Source: Cladosporium halotolerans
Lineage: Eukaryota
Length of the DNA: 64,000 nucleotides
Assembly (NCBI RefSeq): GCF_011745625.1
Contig: NW_027191476.1
Location: forward strand, 186,001 to 250,000
Reading direction: 5' to 3'
The notes below the pieces were generated by a model. The model was given only the letters and a program-made list of their open reading frames with translations, made no database searches and was not told where the DNA came from. Positions 46,010 to 56,699 of this stretch are shown one piece after another. The position numbers were made by a program, and so were the translations under genes. Positions within the stretch are counted from its first letter, which is position 1, and the number at the start of each line of letters is the position of its first letter.

Positions 46010-46613
46010 CAAATTTTTGCGGCGATCGGCACCGCAAGGTGAGAGGGCGCGCGTAGGGCTGAGGCCGCGTGCATTGATTGATCGATTAAGCAATCGATTG
46101 AAGCTGCGGCGCACGGGTGGCGTCGCGCGGAAGAACCATTGCCGCCAACGAGCGCTGCGGGTGACGTGTGGCGCCGGCTGACTAGGTACTGCGTGTCGTG
46201 TAGCAATTGCGCGGTACTAGGTAGGTAGCAGGTAGTGTGTCTCCCTGTAGATAGTGTGTCTCCCCTGGTCCAGCGCGCCGGCGGGCGGACACGGCGGAGC
46301 GCTCAACTCAACGGCCGCGGACTCGGCGGCGAGGGCGAGGCAGAGGGAGGAAAGGCGGTAGATAGTAGTATTGGAAGGGCAAGGGAGGGCGGAGCGTGCT
46401 CAGCCTGCTCGCCGCCGAGGGCCAATAATCTCAGGTCGTGCGGCCCCGACGTTGGCCTGCCTCCTCCACCATTGCAGCGGCATCACGCAGGATCGACATC
46501 ATACCGGTGGAGCCAGCGCCTCAAGCTTTGACCGCGCTGGGCAGCGCATCCGTTGCCTTTTGACTCTCTTCCGACTTCCCTCGTCTCTCCCTCCCAACAC
46601 CACTCCGCTCTCA

Positions 46614-48892
46614 ATGGCTTCTGGTCGTGCGTCCGGACGCATCTTGCGTGGCCTTGGCTACGCCGCCGCCGGCACTGTCGCCGCCGGTGGTGGTCTCTAC
46701 TTCGTCTACCGTCCCCGCGACGTCCCCGGTCTCGAGTCCGCCCAGGTCCCGCCGCCCACCTACGGCGAGGGTGGCATCTTCCGTCCGCCCTCCTTCCCTC
46801 GCATCAAGTCTCGTGAGGAGCAAATCGCCGACCTCAAGGCCAGCGCCGGCGTCATCACCGACGCTTTCAAGGCCGCCAAGAACAAGATTACCGGAGCCAT
46901 AAGCTCCCAGGATACCAAGTCTGAAGAACCCTATGACCTGCTCGTCATTGGCGGTGGTGCCACCGGTACCGGTGTCGCGCTCGACGCCGCCAGCAGAGGT
47001 CTGAAGGTCGCGCTCGTGGAAAAGGATGATTTCGCTTCTGGTACTTCCTCCAAGAGCACCAAGCTGGTGCACGGAGGTGTTCGTTATTTGGAAAAGGCTG
47101 TTTGGCAACTCGACTACAACCAGTACGCGCTCGTCGTGGAGGCTCTCCGCGAGCGTCGCTACTTCTTGGATACCGCTCCTCACCTTTCGTCTTGGCTCCC
47201 GATCATGATTCCCGTCCAGAAGTGGTGGCAAGCGCCCTACTTCTGGGCTGGCACCAAGTTCTACGACTTCCTCGCTGGTTCTGAGAACATTGAGAGCTCG
47301 TACTTCCTGACCCGCAGCAAGGCTCTTGATGCATTCCCCATGCTCAACAAGGAGGGCCTCTTCGGCGCTCTGGTCTACTACGACGGTGCCCACAACGACT
47401 CTCGTATGAACATGTCTCTCGCTGGTACTGCTGCTCTCTACGGCGCTACTGTTGTCAACCACTGTGAGGTCACCAGCCTTGAGAAGGACGCCAACGGCAA
47501 GCTCTGCGGTGCTCAGGTCAAGGATCTGGTTCAGGAGCGCGACGGCAAGCCCGCCGACTCCTTCAGCATCAAGGCCAAGGGTGTCATCAACGCCACTGGT
47601 CCTTTCACCGACTCTATCCGCAAGCTTGATGACCAGAAGGTTCAGGAGATCGTTGCTCCCTCTTCCGGTACTCACGTCATTCTCCCTGGCTACTACGCTC
47701 CCCGCGACATGGGTCTCATCGACCCCAACACCTCTGACGGCCGTGTGATCTTCTTCCTCCCGTGGCAGGGCAACACCATCGCTGGTACCACCGACTCTCC
47801 CTGCAAGGTTGAGCACAACCCGACTCCCTCTGAGCACGAGATCAACTGGATCCTTAACGAGGTCCAGGGCTACCTCCAGCCTGAGATCAACGTCCGCCGC
47901 GGTGATGTCCTCGCCGCCTGGTCTGGTATCCGTCCTCTCGTCCGCGACCCCAACAAGAGCGCTTCCGAGGGTCTCGTCCGTAACCACCTCGTCACTGTCT
48001 CCGATTCCGGCCTCCTCACCATCTCTGGTGGCAAGTGGACCACTTACCGCCAGATGGCCGAGGAAGCCGTCGATGAAGCCATCTCGCACTTCAACCTCAA
48101 GCCCCAGGGTATCTCCAACCCGCCGCTCGTCAGCGGTGTCGAGGGCTTCATGGAGAACGTCAAGCTCGATGGTTCCTGCCCGACTTCCAAGCTGAAGCTC
48201 GTCGGCGCCCACGGCTGGTCCAACACTCTCTTCATCAACCTGATCCAGCACTACGGCGTCGAGACTGAAGTCGCCAAGCACCTGACCGAGGCCTACGGCG
48301 ACCGCGCCTGGACCGTCGCCGCCCTCTGCGCCCCGACCGAGAAGGGCTTCCCCGTCCGCGGCGAGCGTCTTTCTCCCCTCTACCCCTTCGTCGACGGCGA
48401 GATCCGCTACGCCTGCCGCCACGAGTACGCCGAGACGGCCGTCGACGCCATCGCGCGCCGCACCCGTCTCTCCTTCCTCAACGCCCAGGGCGCCCTCGAG
48501 GCCCTGCCCCGCATCATCGACCTGATGGCCGAGGAGAAGAAGTGGAGCGAGAAGCGCAAGGCCCTCGAGTGGACCGACGCCGTCACCTTCCTCGGCACCA
48601 TGGGCCTGCAGCAGGAGAAGCTCGGCCTCACGCGCAACGACGTCGAGCACGGCCGCGTGGGCCGCCGCGCCGACGACGGCCTCTACGCTCGTCATGGTAA
48701 GTCGAAATCCCAATTACTCCATCTTTTTTTTTTCCTTGGCGGAGACAGATGCTAATGAATCCAACAGACCAGCCCAACGAGACCCTCGAGTCCGACGCCC
48801 GCATGATCTCCGGCCGCAACCCGCCCATCCCCAAGGAGGCCGTCGGCGACCACAACCCGACCGTCGGCAAGGAGTCGCCCGTCAACAAGTAG
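46614..48892 (+). CDS. GUT2: Mitochondrial FAD-dependent glycerol-3-phosphate dehydrogenase; exons 46614-48696, 48768-48892
   Basis: DLLVIGGGATGTG, GTSSKSTKLVHGGVRYLEKA, AWSGIRPLVRDP, GGKWTTYRQMAE. 71-nt intron GTAAGT..CTAAT..ACAG. Strong C-ending codon bias. Confidence 0.96.
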
Positions 48893-49825
48893 ACGACTTG
48901 CAACAACTTCTTTTTGAATTTTTGTATTAGAGCGCGATACACCACCCTCGAGACGGAGCGAGGACAAGGAAAGAGACTGGGGCTGAGAAAGAAGAAGGAG
49001 ATGGGGATAATGAGCTCAGGTTCTCCTCCCAGCAAGCCAGCTCACGTGTTTTTTGGATGACGAGGTTTTGCACTGGCGCGGCGCTGTTGTGTACGGACTA
49101 GCTGCATTGTGTTTCCCCCCCTGTTTTGTCTCGATTTTTTGACGGTGGTGTTTGTAAGATCTCATGGCGGGGGTGTGTATAGATGGAAATCGAATGCAGG
49201 GCATGTGTTAATTTTGAAGTCTTTCGCTCCTCCTCCTTCCTCTCAACTCCCACGAGCTGTGTTCTTGTTCATTCTCCAGCTCGGCCGTCTGCAGCGCAAC
49301 GTCCATGGATGCCCTCGTTTCTATCAGAGGAATCAACGAGTGTAACCACTGCTGCTGCGGAAAAGCCCGTATGGTCGCGTTCGTGGCTCATGCCGTTGAT
49401 GTCGTTCGGGAATCAGCAGTGGCATACCAGCTCTTTCGAGGTGCCATGTGAATTGCAGTATTCGAAGAGGAAGAGGCTAGAGTAAGAGCACTCGAGCGCT
49501 CTTGTATTGCGCCTTGTGTTCTCGCCGAGAGGGAGAAGATGGCCAGCCTATTTTGGGCTGCGGTGCGAAAGCTGCTGGGCGAGATCTATCTTTCTGTGTA
49601 GTTCCGCGAGAGGGCCTAGCGCCTGGCGAGCGACGGAGTTCGGTTTGGAAGAGGGGTGGGTAGTCTTTCTAGAAACTGATTCGATTTCGCTGGATTGGTT
49701 GGGGATTTGTTTGGGGAATCGTGTTGACTTTTTACCCTTCAGAAGGTTTCTTAGTGAATGAATTTTAGATCCATCATGTATATGTTAAACGTTTGTATCG
49801 TAAACCGCCTCAGCAATCTCCTACT

Positions 49826-51212
49826 TTACAACTTCCCCCTCTCTTGAATCAAGCTGTACGCCTTCGGATTGCTCTCGAGCCAGTCCTTGTCGATTTGGTC
49901 CACGCTCTGGATGCCCGCGACGTTAAACAGGATGTCGAGGTCCGCCAGCAGGGATTTCATGACGTGCCGCACGCCATGCTCGCCCATGATCGAAAGACCC
50001 CAGACCCAGAGGCGGCCGACGAAGACGAACTTGGCGCCCAGCGCCAGAGCCTTGACGATGTCTGCGGCGCCGCGGACGCCGGAATCGTACATGATGTAGG
50101 TTTTGTCGCCGACGGCTGTGATGTGTTAGTTTAAGTCCCCCATAGGTTCTTCGGGGGAGGACTGCGCGATCCCACATACCTTGCACGATATTCTCCAACG
50201 CATCCAAGCTCGCGATCGCCCCATCAACCTGCCTGCCCGCATGGTTCGACACCACAATCCCATCGACGCCCAGCTCAACCGCCTTCCTCGCATCAGCGAC
50301 ATGCTGAATGCCCTTGAGCGCAAACGGCTTGCCGCCAGAGATCTTGCTCCACGTCTCCATCAGCCACGGGATCTTCTCCCACGTGTGCGCGCGGCCGTGC
50401 CAGACATTGTCGATCCACTTGGCGCCAGCCTCGTTCGGCATGGTCACAGGATCGATCCCGTCTTCCGCCAGCCTCTTCTTAAACACTGGATCGCTGAGCC
50501 CCAGATCCGCGCCGAGCCCGTGGTAGAACGCGTAATTGCTGTTCGCGACGTCGTCGTGCCGCCAGCCGAGCTGCCACGTGTCGAGCGTGAGGATGCAAGC
50601 CGTGAAGCCAGACTCGTACGCGCGCGTCAGCAGCGAGACGGTCAGCTCGTCGTCGTGCGGCATGTAGAGCTGGAAGAAGCGGGGGCCCTGGCCGTTGGCG
50701 GCGCCGACGTCCTCGATCGGCTGGCTGCCGGCCGTCGACAGGCAGTAGGGCAGGTTGAGCTCCTTGGCGACTTTGGCGACGGGCAGCTCGCCGGCGGGGT
50801 TGTAGATCTTGTTGATGCCGATGGGCGCGAAGCCGACGGGCGCGGAGACCTTGTGGCCGAAGATGGAGGTCTTGGTGTCGCGCTGGTTGGTGTCGCGCAG
50901 CATGCGCGGGATGATGCGGTGGCGGTGGAAGGCCTGGCGGTTCGCGAGGTGGGTGCTGGAGGTGCCGGCGTTGGAGGAGGCGTAGTACCAACCGCCTTCG
51001 GAGAGGCGTTCTTTGGCGCGTTCTTCGAGCTTGCCGGGGTCTGGAGATGGGGTGTCAGAAGGCAGTGGAGGGGGCTTTCAGGGTGTTTGGACGGGGTTAC
51101 CAGTATTGAAGGGAGGGACGACGCCATCGTTGCTGCACCAGAAGTTGGAGCGCTGGTACTCTGCCCATTCGGGCGTGTTTCTGATCTTCCTGTTGGGGTT
51201 GTTGATGTCCAT
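49826..51212 (-). CDS. FMN-dependent alpha-hydroxy acid dehydrogenase (lactate 2-monooxygenase-like); exons 51212-51101, 51040-50180, 50115-49826
   Basis: APIG, FFQLY, LTLDT, LKGI, VSNHAGRQVDG, DSGVRG..KALALGA..VGR. Two canonical introns give 421 codons in total. Confidence 0.93.
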
Positions 51213-52066
51213 GTTGGATAGCTGTGTGAATGAGATGATGAGGCCGGAAAGGATTGCTGTCGTCAAGGAAGCCAAGCTTCTTTATATGCTGCGAGTTAGC
51301 TAGGGGAGCAAGAGAGTAGTTCACCTGAGGTCAAGATGGCTCCGCAGTACCCGACAATATGAGAGGATACCTATCCGCAGCATCCGACATGTGCATTCGG
51401 AGCATGAAGTCGGAAGGCGTCATTACGACGCTCCGGACCTAAAAGGCAAAGACAGGGCGTATGACAGCCGTGTCCGCGACCCTTGATGGAGGAAATCAAC
51501 GGCAATTGTGAAGTCATAGCGATGTGAAGTCATCGTTCGCGCTGGAGATGGCGCTAGGGACGTTCAAGCCAAGAAGTGCACCACCGAAGCGTGAAGATCA
51601 ATGCTTGATTGAACATCCGATACTCGAAGGGATGGTTGATACTCTTGTTTTAAATTTGTCAACGGCAGTATTCACAACGGCAATCATGCGAGACACGGGC
51701 ATGAATTCGGTAAAATGTTTTGCCTGGTGCAAGCTATCTTGATCTCCCCCGATTTCTACAGCAGAGCATGTTTTACTATAGCATCTCGATCAAGGCAAAA
51801 AAGACAACAAATAGAATCACAAAGCAGATGACTCCAGCCTATGCTTGACGGTAGAAGTCGATGCCCAAGCCAGCCTCATGACCCATCACTCCTCGAGATT
51901 CTCCCTCGGCCAACCTCCAGATACCTTTCTCCCTGTAGCCACTTCAAATTCCAAAGCACAGAATTCCAACTGACCCAACAAGAACGACAAATCGATCAGC
52001 GTCCAGTCCAGACCCCACCCCATTTCCTCCAGCCAACCTCCCTCCTCACCACCCTTCAAGCCCCTC

Positions 52067-52984
52067 TCAATCCAACCACCTCGGATCCCCCATCCCCAAC
52101 AACTCCCTCTGCGCCAGCAAAACCCTCTCCAACTCCCCCCAGCACCCCTCACACCTACACGCCATCCCCTTCTGCCTCGCGAGCAAAAACATCACGCCCA
52201 CAATCTTCCTCTCCATCCCCCTCACCTTCCCGACACAGTCCGAGACCCCCACGCTGCGGCCCTCGAAAACCTCCCTCAGCCACGCGGCCAGATTCCCCCA
52301 GTGCGGCGCGCCGACGAAATAGTGCCGCCTGTGCTTCAGGCGCAGGCCGTGGGCCGCGCACAGGTCGCGCAGCCGGCCCTGCACGCGCGCGCTCCAGTCG
52401 CGCACCTCGGCCGCGAAGACGTTCTCGAGGTAGAAGATGGGCAGGGCTTCGGCGCGGAGCTGCGTGCTGGCGCGCAGGAGCGCGGGCTGGTGCGAGGCCC
52501 AGCTGGAGGGGGTGAGCTCGATCGCGTGCTTGGCGTCGTGCAGGGCGTAGCGGTAGATGCGGTTGCGGAGCTCGCCGGGGAGTCTGAAGATGGGGGAGGA
52601 GGCGGTTGCGGTCGTGCGGTAGGGGCGCGGGGTTGAGGTTGGGACGGTTTTGGTTTTGGTTTTGGCTTTGGCTTTGGCTTTGCTGGGGGTTTGGGAGTGG
52701 TGGCAGGGTGAGGTGTTGCTGTTGTTGTGGTTGTGGGCTGGAGGGGTTGAGCGGTGCTTGGGCGAGGTTGCGGTGGTGACGTGTTGGTTGCTATGCTGGT
52801 GGCCGAGGGCGTTGAGGAGGTCGTTGGTGATGTGCGTGGTCGGTTCACCATTGCGATGGTTGGGGTTGGTGTTGGCCATCAAAGCGCCTTGCGAAGGTGA
52901 ACCATCCTGAAGCGACTTGGGCGTTGCGTCGCCATCGTTCGCAATCATAGACAGGTCAAGCGGTGAGATGCTGCCGTTGTCCAT
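52067..52984 (-). CDS. F-box-like hypothetical protein
   Basis: SPIFRLPGELRNRIYRYAL..QPALLRASTQLRAEALPIFYLENVF; same family as the 36909 gene. Confidence 0.8.
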   Translation of the reverse strand: MDNGSISPLDLSMIANDGDATPKSLQDGSPSQGALMANTNPNHRNGEPTTHITNDLLNALGHQHSNQHVTTATSPKHRSTPPAHNHNNSNTSPCHHSQTPSKAKAKAKTKTKTVPTSTPRPYRTTATASSPIFRLPGELRNRIYRYALHDAKHAIELTPSSWASHQPALLRASTQLRAEALPIFYLENVFAAEVRDWSARVQGRLRDLCAAHGLRLKHRRHYFVGAPHWGNLAAWLREVFEGRSVGVSDCVGKVRGMERKIVGVMFLLARQKGMACRCEGCWGELERVLLAQRELLGMGDPRWLD

Positions 52985-53380
52985 GATGGGCGGTTGGTTG
53001 ATAGTTTGTTGTTGATCTCGAGTTTTTGAATCTAAGTTCGTGTTGAGTGGCAGAGCTAGGTGGTCGCGAGTTGGGCTTTTTGGCGGCCGCACAGCGCGGT
53101 TTGCGCGCTGAGGCCCTCGGTGAAAGGTGAAGTGAGGTTAAAGCCAGGTGCTTCACCTGCGACACTTGGCGCCTCCGCCCGCCCCTCGCGCTCCACCCCG
53201 CTCAAAGTCAGTGAGGGTCGTCGTCTTTGCAGTAACAGTAGTACAGTAGTACAGTTCGTATTCGTCAAGGTCTATATTCTACAGTAATTTACAGCATCGC
53301 AAGCATCAGCGACTCGGGTTCCAATGTCAGTGAAGGTCGCCCGCCAAACAGCAAACAAATCGCCACCAAGATTGACAAAC

Positions 53381-55774
53381 TCACGAGGTCTCCTTGTTGA
53401 ATCTCGCACCCAGATCCTCCTTCAGATCCTCCGTGAAGTCAATCTCCGCCGGCCTGCCCTTCTCCGCCAACAAGGCCCTCAATTTGCGGGAGTTCCTCAA
53501 CCGGCCTAAGCCGTTGTACGTCCATTTGTCCCAAACTTGCTCGCCAGCATCTAATTCGCGCAGAGTATGCTCGACACCCTTGAAGTCTTGCCGGGCAGAG
53601 TAGCCTAGCAAAAGCGTGTTCAACGTCACGGCGTTAGGTTCGATGCCCTTGTCGCGCATATAGCTCAGAACCTGCTCGGCGAGTTTGAGCTGTCCATGTA
53701 GCGTGAAGCCGTGGAGGAAAATAGACCAGGAATAGACGTCAGGAGCGACGGCTTTCGGGGGTGATTCGGCTGAGAGATTCTGCATGTCTTTGATGATCTG
53801 CGCGGCGTTGATCAGAGTGCGCTTGTCTTGGATGGAAGCGATGAGGAAGGCGTTGTAACAGTGCGCAGACATTGCCGTGGATGCGAAAGGCTCTGTGCGG
53901 GACTCTATGAGCGCGTGGTAGAGTTTGTACATATCTTGAGCGCGAGCGGTGGAGCCATGTCCATCAATAACGAGCTGGACGTATGCACGCAGCATTATTC
54001 CAATCTCGAATTTGCTGGCAACCATCGGTTCCTTTGCGCGAGGCGTTGCTTTGACTGACTGCGGAATCGGTAGTCCAAGACGCTCCAGTGGGCTGAGCTC
54101 AAAGATCTGGGCGAAAGCCTGGCAAATGATTGTCCATGCATTTTCTTTGTTGTTCCGCGTGTGGTGCAGAGCCAGGCAGTGAAGGATCTCAGTCGCAATG
54201 ACCGGGTTTTCAGATATGTTGAGTCCTTCAATAGCTCGAGTGATCGTTTGATTGAGGAGTTCAGCGTTGTCGATATCGAGCTTGCAACACTTGAGCATAA
54301 TTGCATTTGTATACTTGTCAGCCACAACGTTATTATCAACCATTGACTGGTAGACGCCAAGGGCTGTTTTGATGTCTCCAGCTTCGGCAGCATTGAGCAT
54401 CAAGATATTGCAAAGTTGGGTGTTCGGGGTGACGCCTATTCCGACGAGGTTATCGAAAATATGCAAGCAGACTCGAAGACCGTCCGGCTGTTTCATGGAT
54501 CCCCGCAGAAGTGTAGCGCAGACGCTGAGAAAAGAGTTCCCTTCTATTGGTGCGCCGGCACGGTGTGCCTCCAAGAGGGCTTCGAGAGCTTGATGGCAAT
54601 GGTCATTTTTTGCAAAATACCACGCAATATGCAGCCAATCGTAGTGGTGTATTTCAATGTCTGCAAGTCGCATCGCACGATACAGGCCGCTCATTTGTGT
54701 AGGCGTGCTGTAAGGCGCCATCCGACGAATAAAGCGGCCGTCAAACGCGACCTTCTGCTCCTTGACATTCTCGGCGTTCGCGCAGAAAATCTCGTGGAGT
54801 TTCCCAAAGTGGAGAATTGTGTCTTTATTCGCCATTTGAGCGTAATGAGCAGCCAAAACTTGTAAGCAGTCTAAAACCCAAGGCAGAGGCGAAGAGGAGG
54901 ATGTAGCGAGTAGGAACTCAACCAAGCCATCTTGATCGTAATGGAGCAGCCAGAGGGCAATGTGAGCCCACACCATATTAGGATCCGTCCAGTCAGAGGA
55001 TTTTGCCAGCCCATTGATGTCCGGATCCTGCTTTTCTGCAATGCGCGTGGTGACAATGTCCACCCATTTCGCCGCGTGGGGCGTGAGAAGAGGCGCGTCA
55101 TTCAGCACAATCGAGTTGCGCTGCCTTTTGTCGAAGAGGCTTTGTGCTTTCGCGAAGTTGTGTTTCCACACCCTGCTCGGGGCAGGTATAGAAGACTGGC
55201 CCATGGAGGCTGTTGAAATGACTTTCGCTCGACGGCACCACGGACGGAGGTATCGGGTTACAGGCCGCTTCTTCAGCGCATACTCTAGTTCCTCCGAACG
55301 CAACAACCGTAGTGGGTGCAGTGATTGTTGCCCGGCTGACTGTCGAGGCGCGCTCCGATGCTTTTGAATCGTCGGAGACCTCGGCCGCCTGTTGTCCAGA
55401 TGCGCATGGGAACTGTCGAATGCTTGCCCAAGTCGACCCCTCCTCGTCACCGCTCGCACCTTCCGAATGGGCTGCTTGTCATAGTCCTTCAGAGTAAAAC
55501 CCAGCGAGTCCGCGTCGTCCTCTTCCAGCTTCGGCTCTTGCTTCCAAACCCATTGCGCCGAGCCATCCGTCTCCCCTGAGGAGACGGAAGACGACGCGTC
55601 AACCTTGTGCGAAGGCTCATTCACTCGCTGTTCCTCGACAACGGCGCTGTAGCACCTCAGAGGCAGTGTCCGCCGCCATGGTATCAGCGGCAGCGAGGAT
55701 CGATTGAGCGTAAGTAAATTAGACACACAGCGTGCTCTAGCTGGTAGCGAGTGCGGAAACAGACATCGGTGCAT
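53381..55774 (-). CDS. Pentatricopeptide-repeat protein, probably mitochondrial
   Basis: PPR motifs PNTQLCNILMLNAAEAGD, PDVYSWSIFLHGFTLHGQLKLAEQVLSYMRDKGIEPNAVTLNTLLLGY. Arg-rich presequence ending RCYS. Confidence 0.9.
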   Translation of the reverse strand: MHRCLFPHSLPARARCVSNLLTLNRSSLPLIPWRRTLPLRCYSAVVEEQRVNEPSHKVDASSSVSSGETDGSAQWVWKQEPKLEEDDADSLGFTLKDYDKQPIRKVRAVTRRGRLGQAFDSSHAHLDNRRPRSPTIQKHRSAPRQSAGQQSLHPLRLLRSEELEYALKKRPVTRYLRPWCRRAKVISTASMGQSSIPAPSRVWKHNFAKAQSLFDKRQRNSIVLNDAPLLTPHAAKWVDIVTTRIAEKQDPDINGLAKSSDWTDPNMVWAHIALWLLHYDQDGLVEFLLATSSSSPLPWVLDCLQVLAAHYAQMANKDTILHFGKLHEIFCANAENVKEQKVAFDGRFIRRMAPYSTPTQMSGLYRAMRLADIEIHHYDWLHIAWYFAKNDHCHQALEALLEAHRAGAPIEGNSFLSVCATLLRGSMKQPDGLRVCLHIFDNLVGIGVTPNTQLCNILMLNAAEAGDIKTALGVYQSMVDNNVVADKYTNAIMLKCCKLDIDNAELLNQTITRAIEGLNISENPVIATEILHCLALHHTRNNKENAWTIICQAFAQIFELSPLERLGLPIPQSVKATPRAKEPMVASKFEIGIMLRAYVQLVIDGHGSTARAQDMYKLYHALIESRTEPFASTAMSAHCYNAFLIASIQDKRTLINAAQIIKDMQNLSAESPPKAVAPDVYSWSIFLHGFTLHGQLKLAEQVLSYMRDKGIEPNAVTLNTLLLGYSARQDFKGVEHTLRELDAGEQVWDKWTYNGLGRLRNSRKLRALLAEKGRPAEIDFTEDLKEDLGARFNKETS

Positions 55775-56057
55775 AGGCGTACATCGACGGCAGCGTGAGC
55801 TTCGACTTTTAGAAAATTGAAAGAGAGTGATTGAAGTAACGGTGCCTGTCAAGGATCGCGGGATTGCTTTGGGGGAAGTCCGCAAAAAGGTTTAGAGTTT
55901 CGGTAGCGCCCGTAGGCCGGTGCTAGGTAGGCTCGCCGCTGCTGTCAACCGTGATCGCGACTTTCGCGGCTCAAGTCAAACTTCAAGAATACAGTAAGCT
56001 CGACCACGACGGCAGCGCTCAAATTGACTGCTCTACATCTTCACTCAACGAGCAGCC

Positions 56058-56699
56058 ATGTCCTCCTTCGCCGCCCTCAGCGCAGCGGCGCAAGACCGCA
56101 AATCCCGCCTCGCACAGCTCAAATCGCTGAAGCGCAAGCAAGCCGAGCCGAGCGAAGAGCCTACAGACGACGACGGACAGCCAGTTCCGAAGTCACCGCG
56201 CAAAGAAGCTACACCTGACGACGCATCACGGTACCTCTCTGGGCGCAACTACGATTCTGAGACAAAAGGGCCTCGACTGGGGTTTGAGAACGCGCCTGAC
56301 GAGGGACAAGAAACGCTCGAGCAGAAGGCCACGCAGCTTGCTGCTGAGAGCAAGAGGCAGGCTGAGGAGGAAGAGCAGAAGGATGCGCCGCTTGATTTGT
56401 TCAAGCTACAGCCGAAGAAACCTAACTGGGACTTGAAAAGAGATTTGGATCGCAAGATGGAGGTGCTAAACGTGAGGACGGACAACGCGATTGCGCGGCT
56501 AGTGAGGGAGAGGATTGCGAAGCAGAAGGAAGCCGCGAAAGCTAGGGCTGGCGGTGCAGCCCCAAATGGAGGCGACGGTGACGCGGCAGGCATTGAGGGG
56601 GCCACGTTGGTCGAGGCCACGAATGTGAGAGAGCGTGAGGACGAGGAGGATGCTCGCAGGGAGCGCGAAGAAGACGCGGCATTGTTGGATGGGAGCTGA
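56058..56699 (+). CDS. cwf18: Cwf18/CCDC12 pre-mRNA splicing factor
   Basis: RKSRLAQLK, RNYD, LDLFKLQPKKPNWDLKRDL..LNVRTDNAIARLVRERI. Confidence 0.92.
   Translation: MSSFAALSAAAQDRKSRLAQLKSLKRKQAEPSEEPTDDDGQPVPKSPRKEATPDDASRYLSGRNYDSETKGPRLGFENAPDEGQETLEQKATQLAAESKRQAEEEEQKDAPLDLFKLQPKKPNWDLKRDLDRKMEVLNVRTDNAIARLVRERIAKQKEAAKARAGGAAPNGGDGDAAGIEGATLVEATNVREREDEEDARREREEDAALLDGS

Noticed and set aside
46611..48713. 700-aa antisense ORF over GUT2 (likewise 3946-5394 over CCP1, 24072-25997, 39776-41365, 50181-51221)
   Set aside because: Mirror-frame ORFs expected from strong C/G-ending codon bias of the sense genes; no recognisable motifs.
55775..56057. 283-bp divergent promoter between the PPR gene and cwf18
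   Set aside because: Short bidirectional promoters are ordinary in compact fungal genomes.
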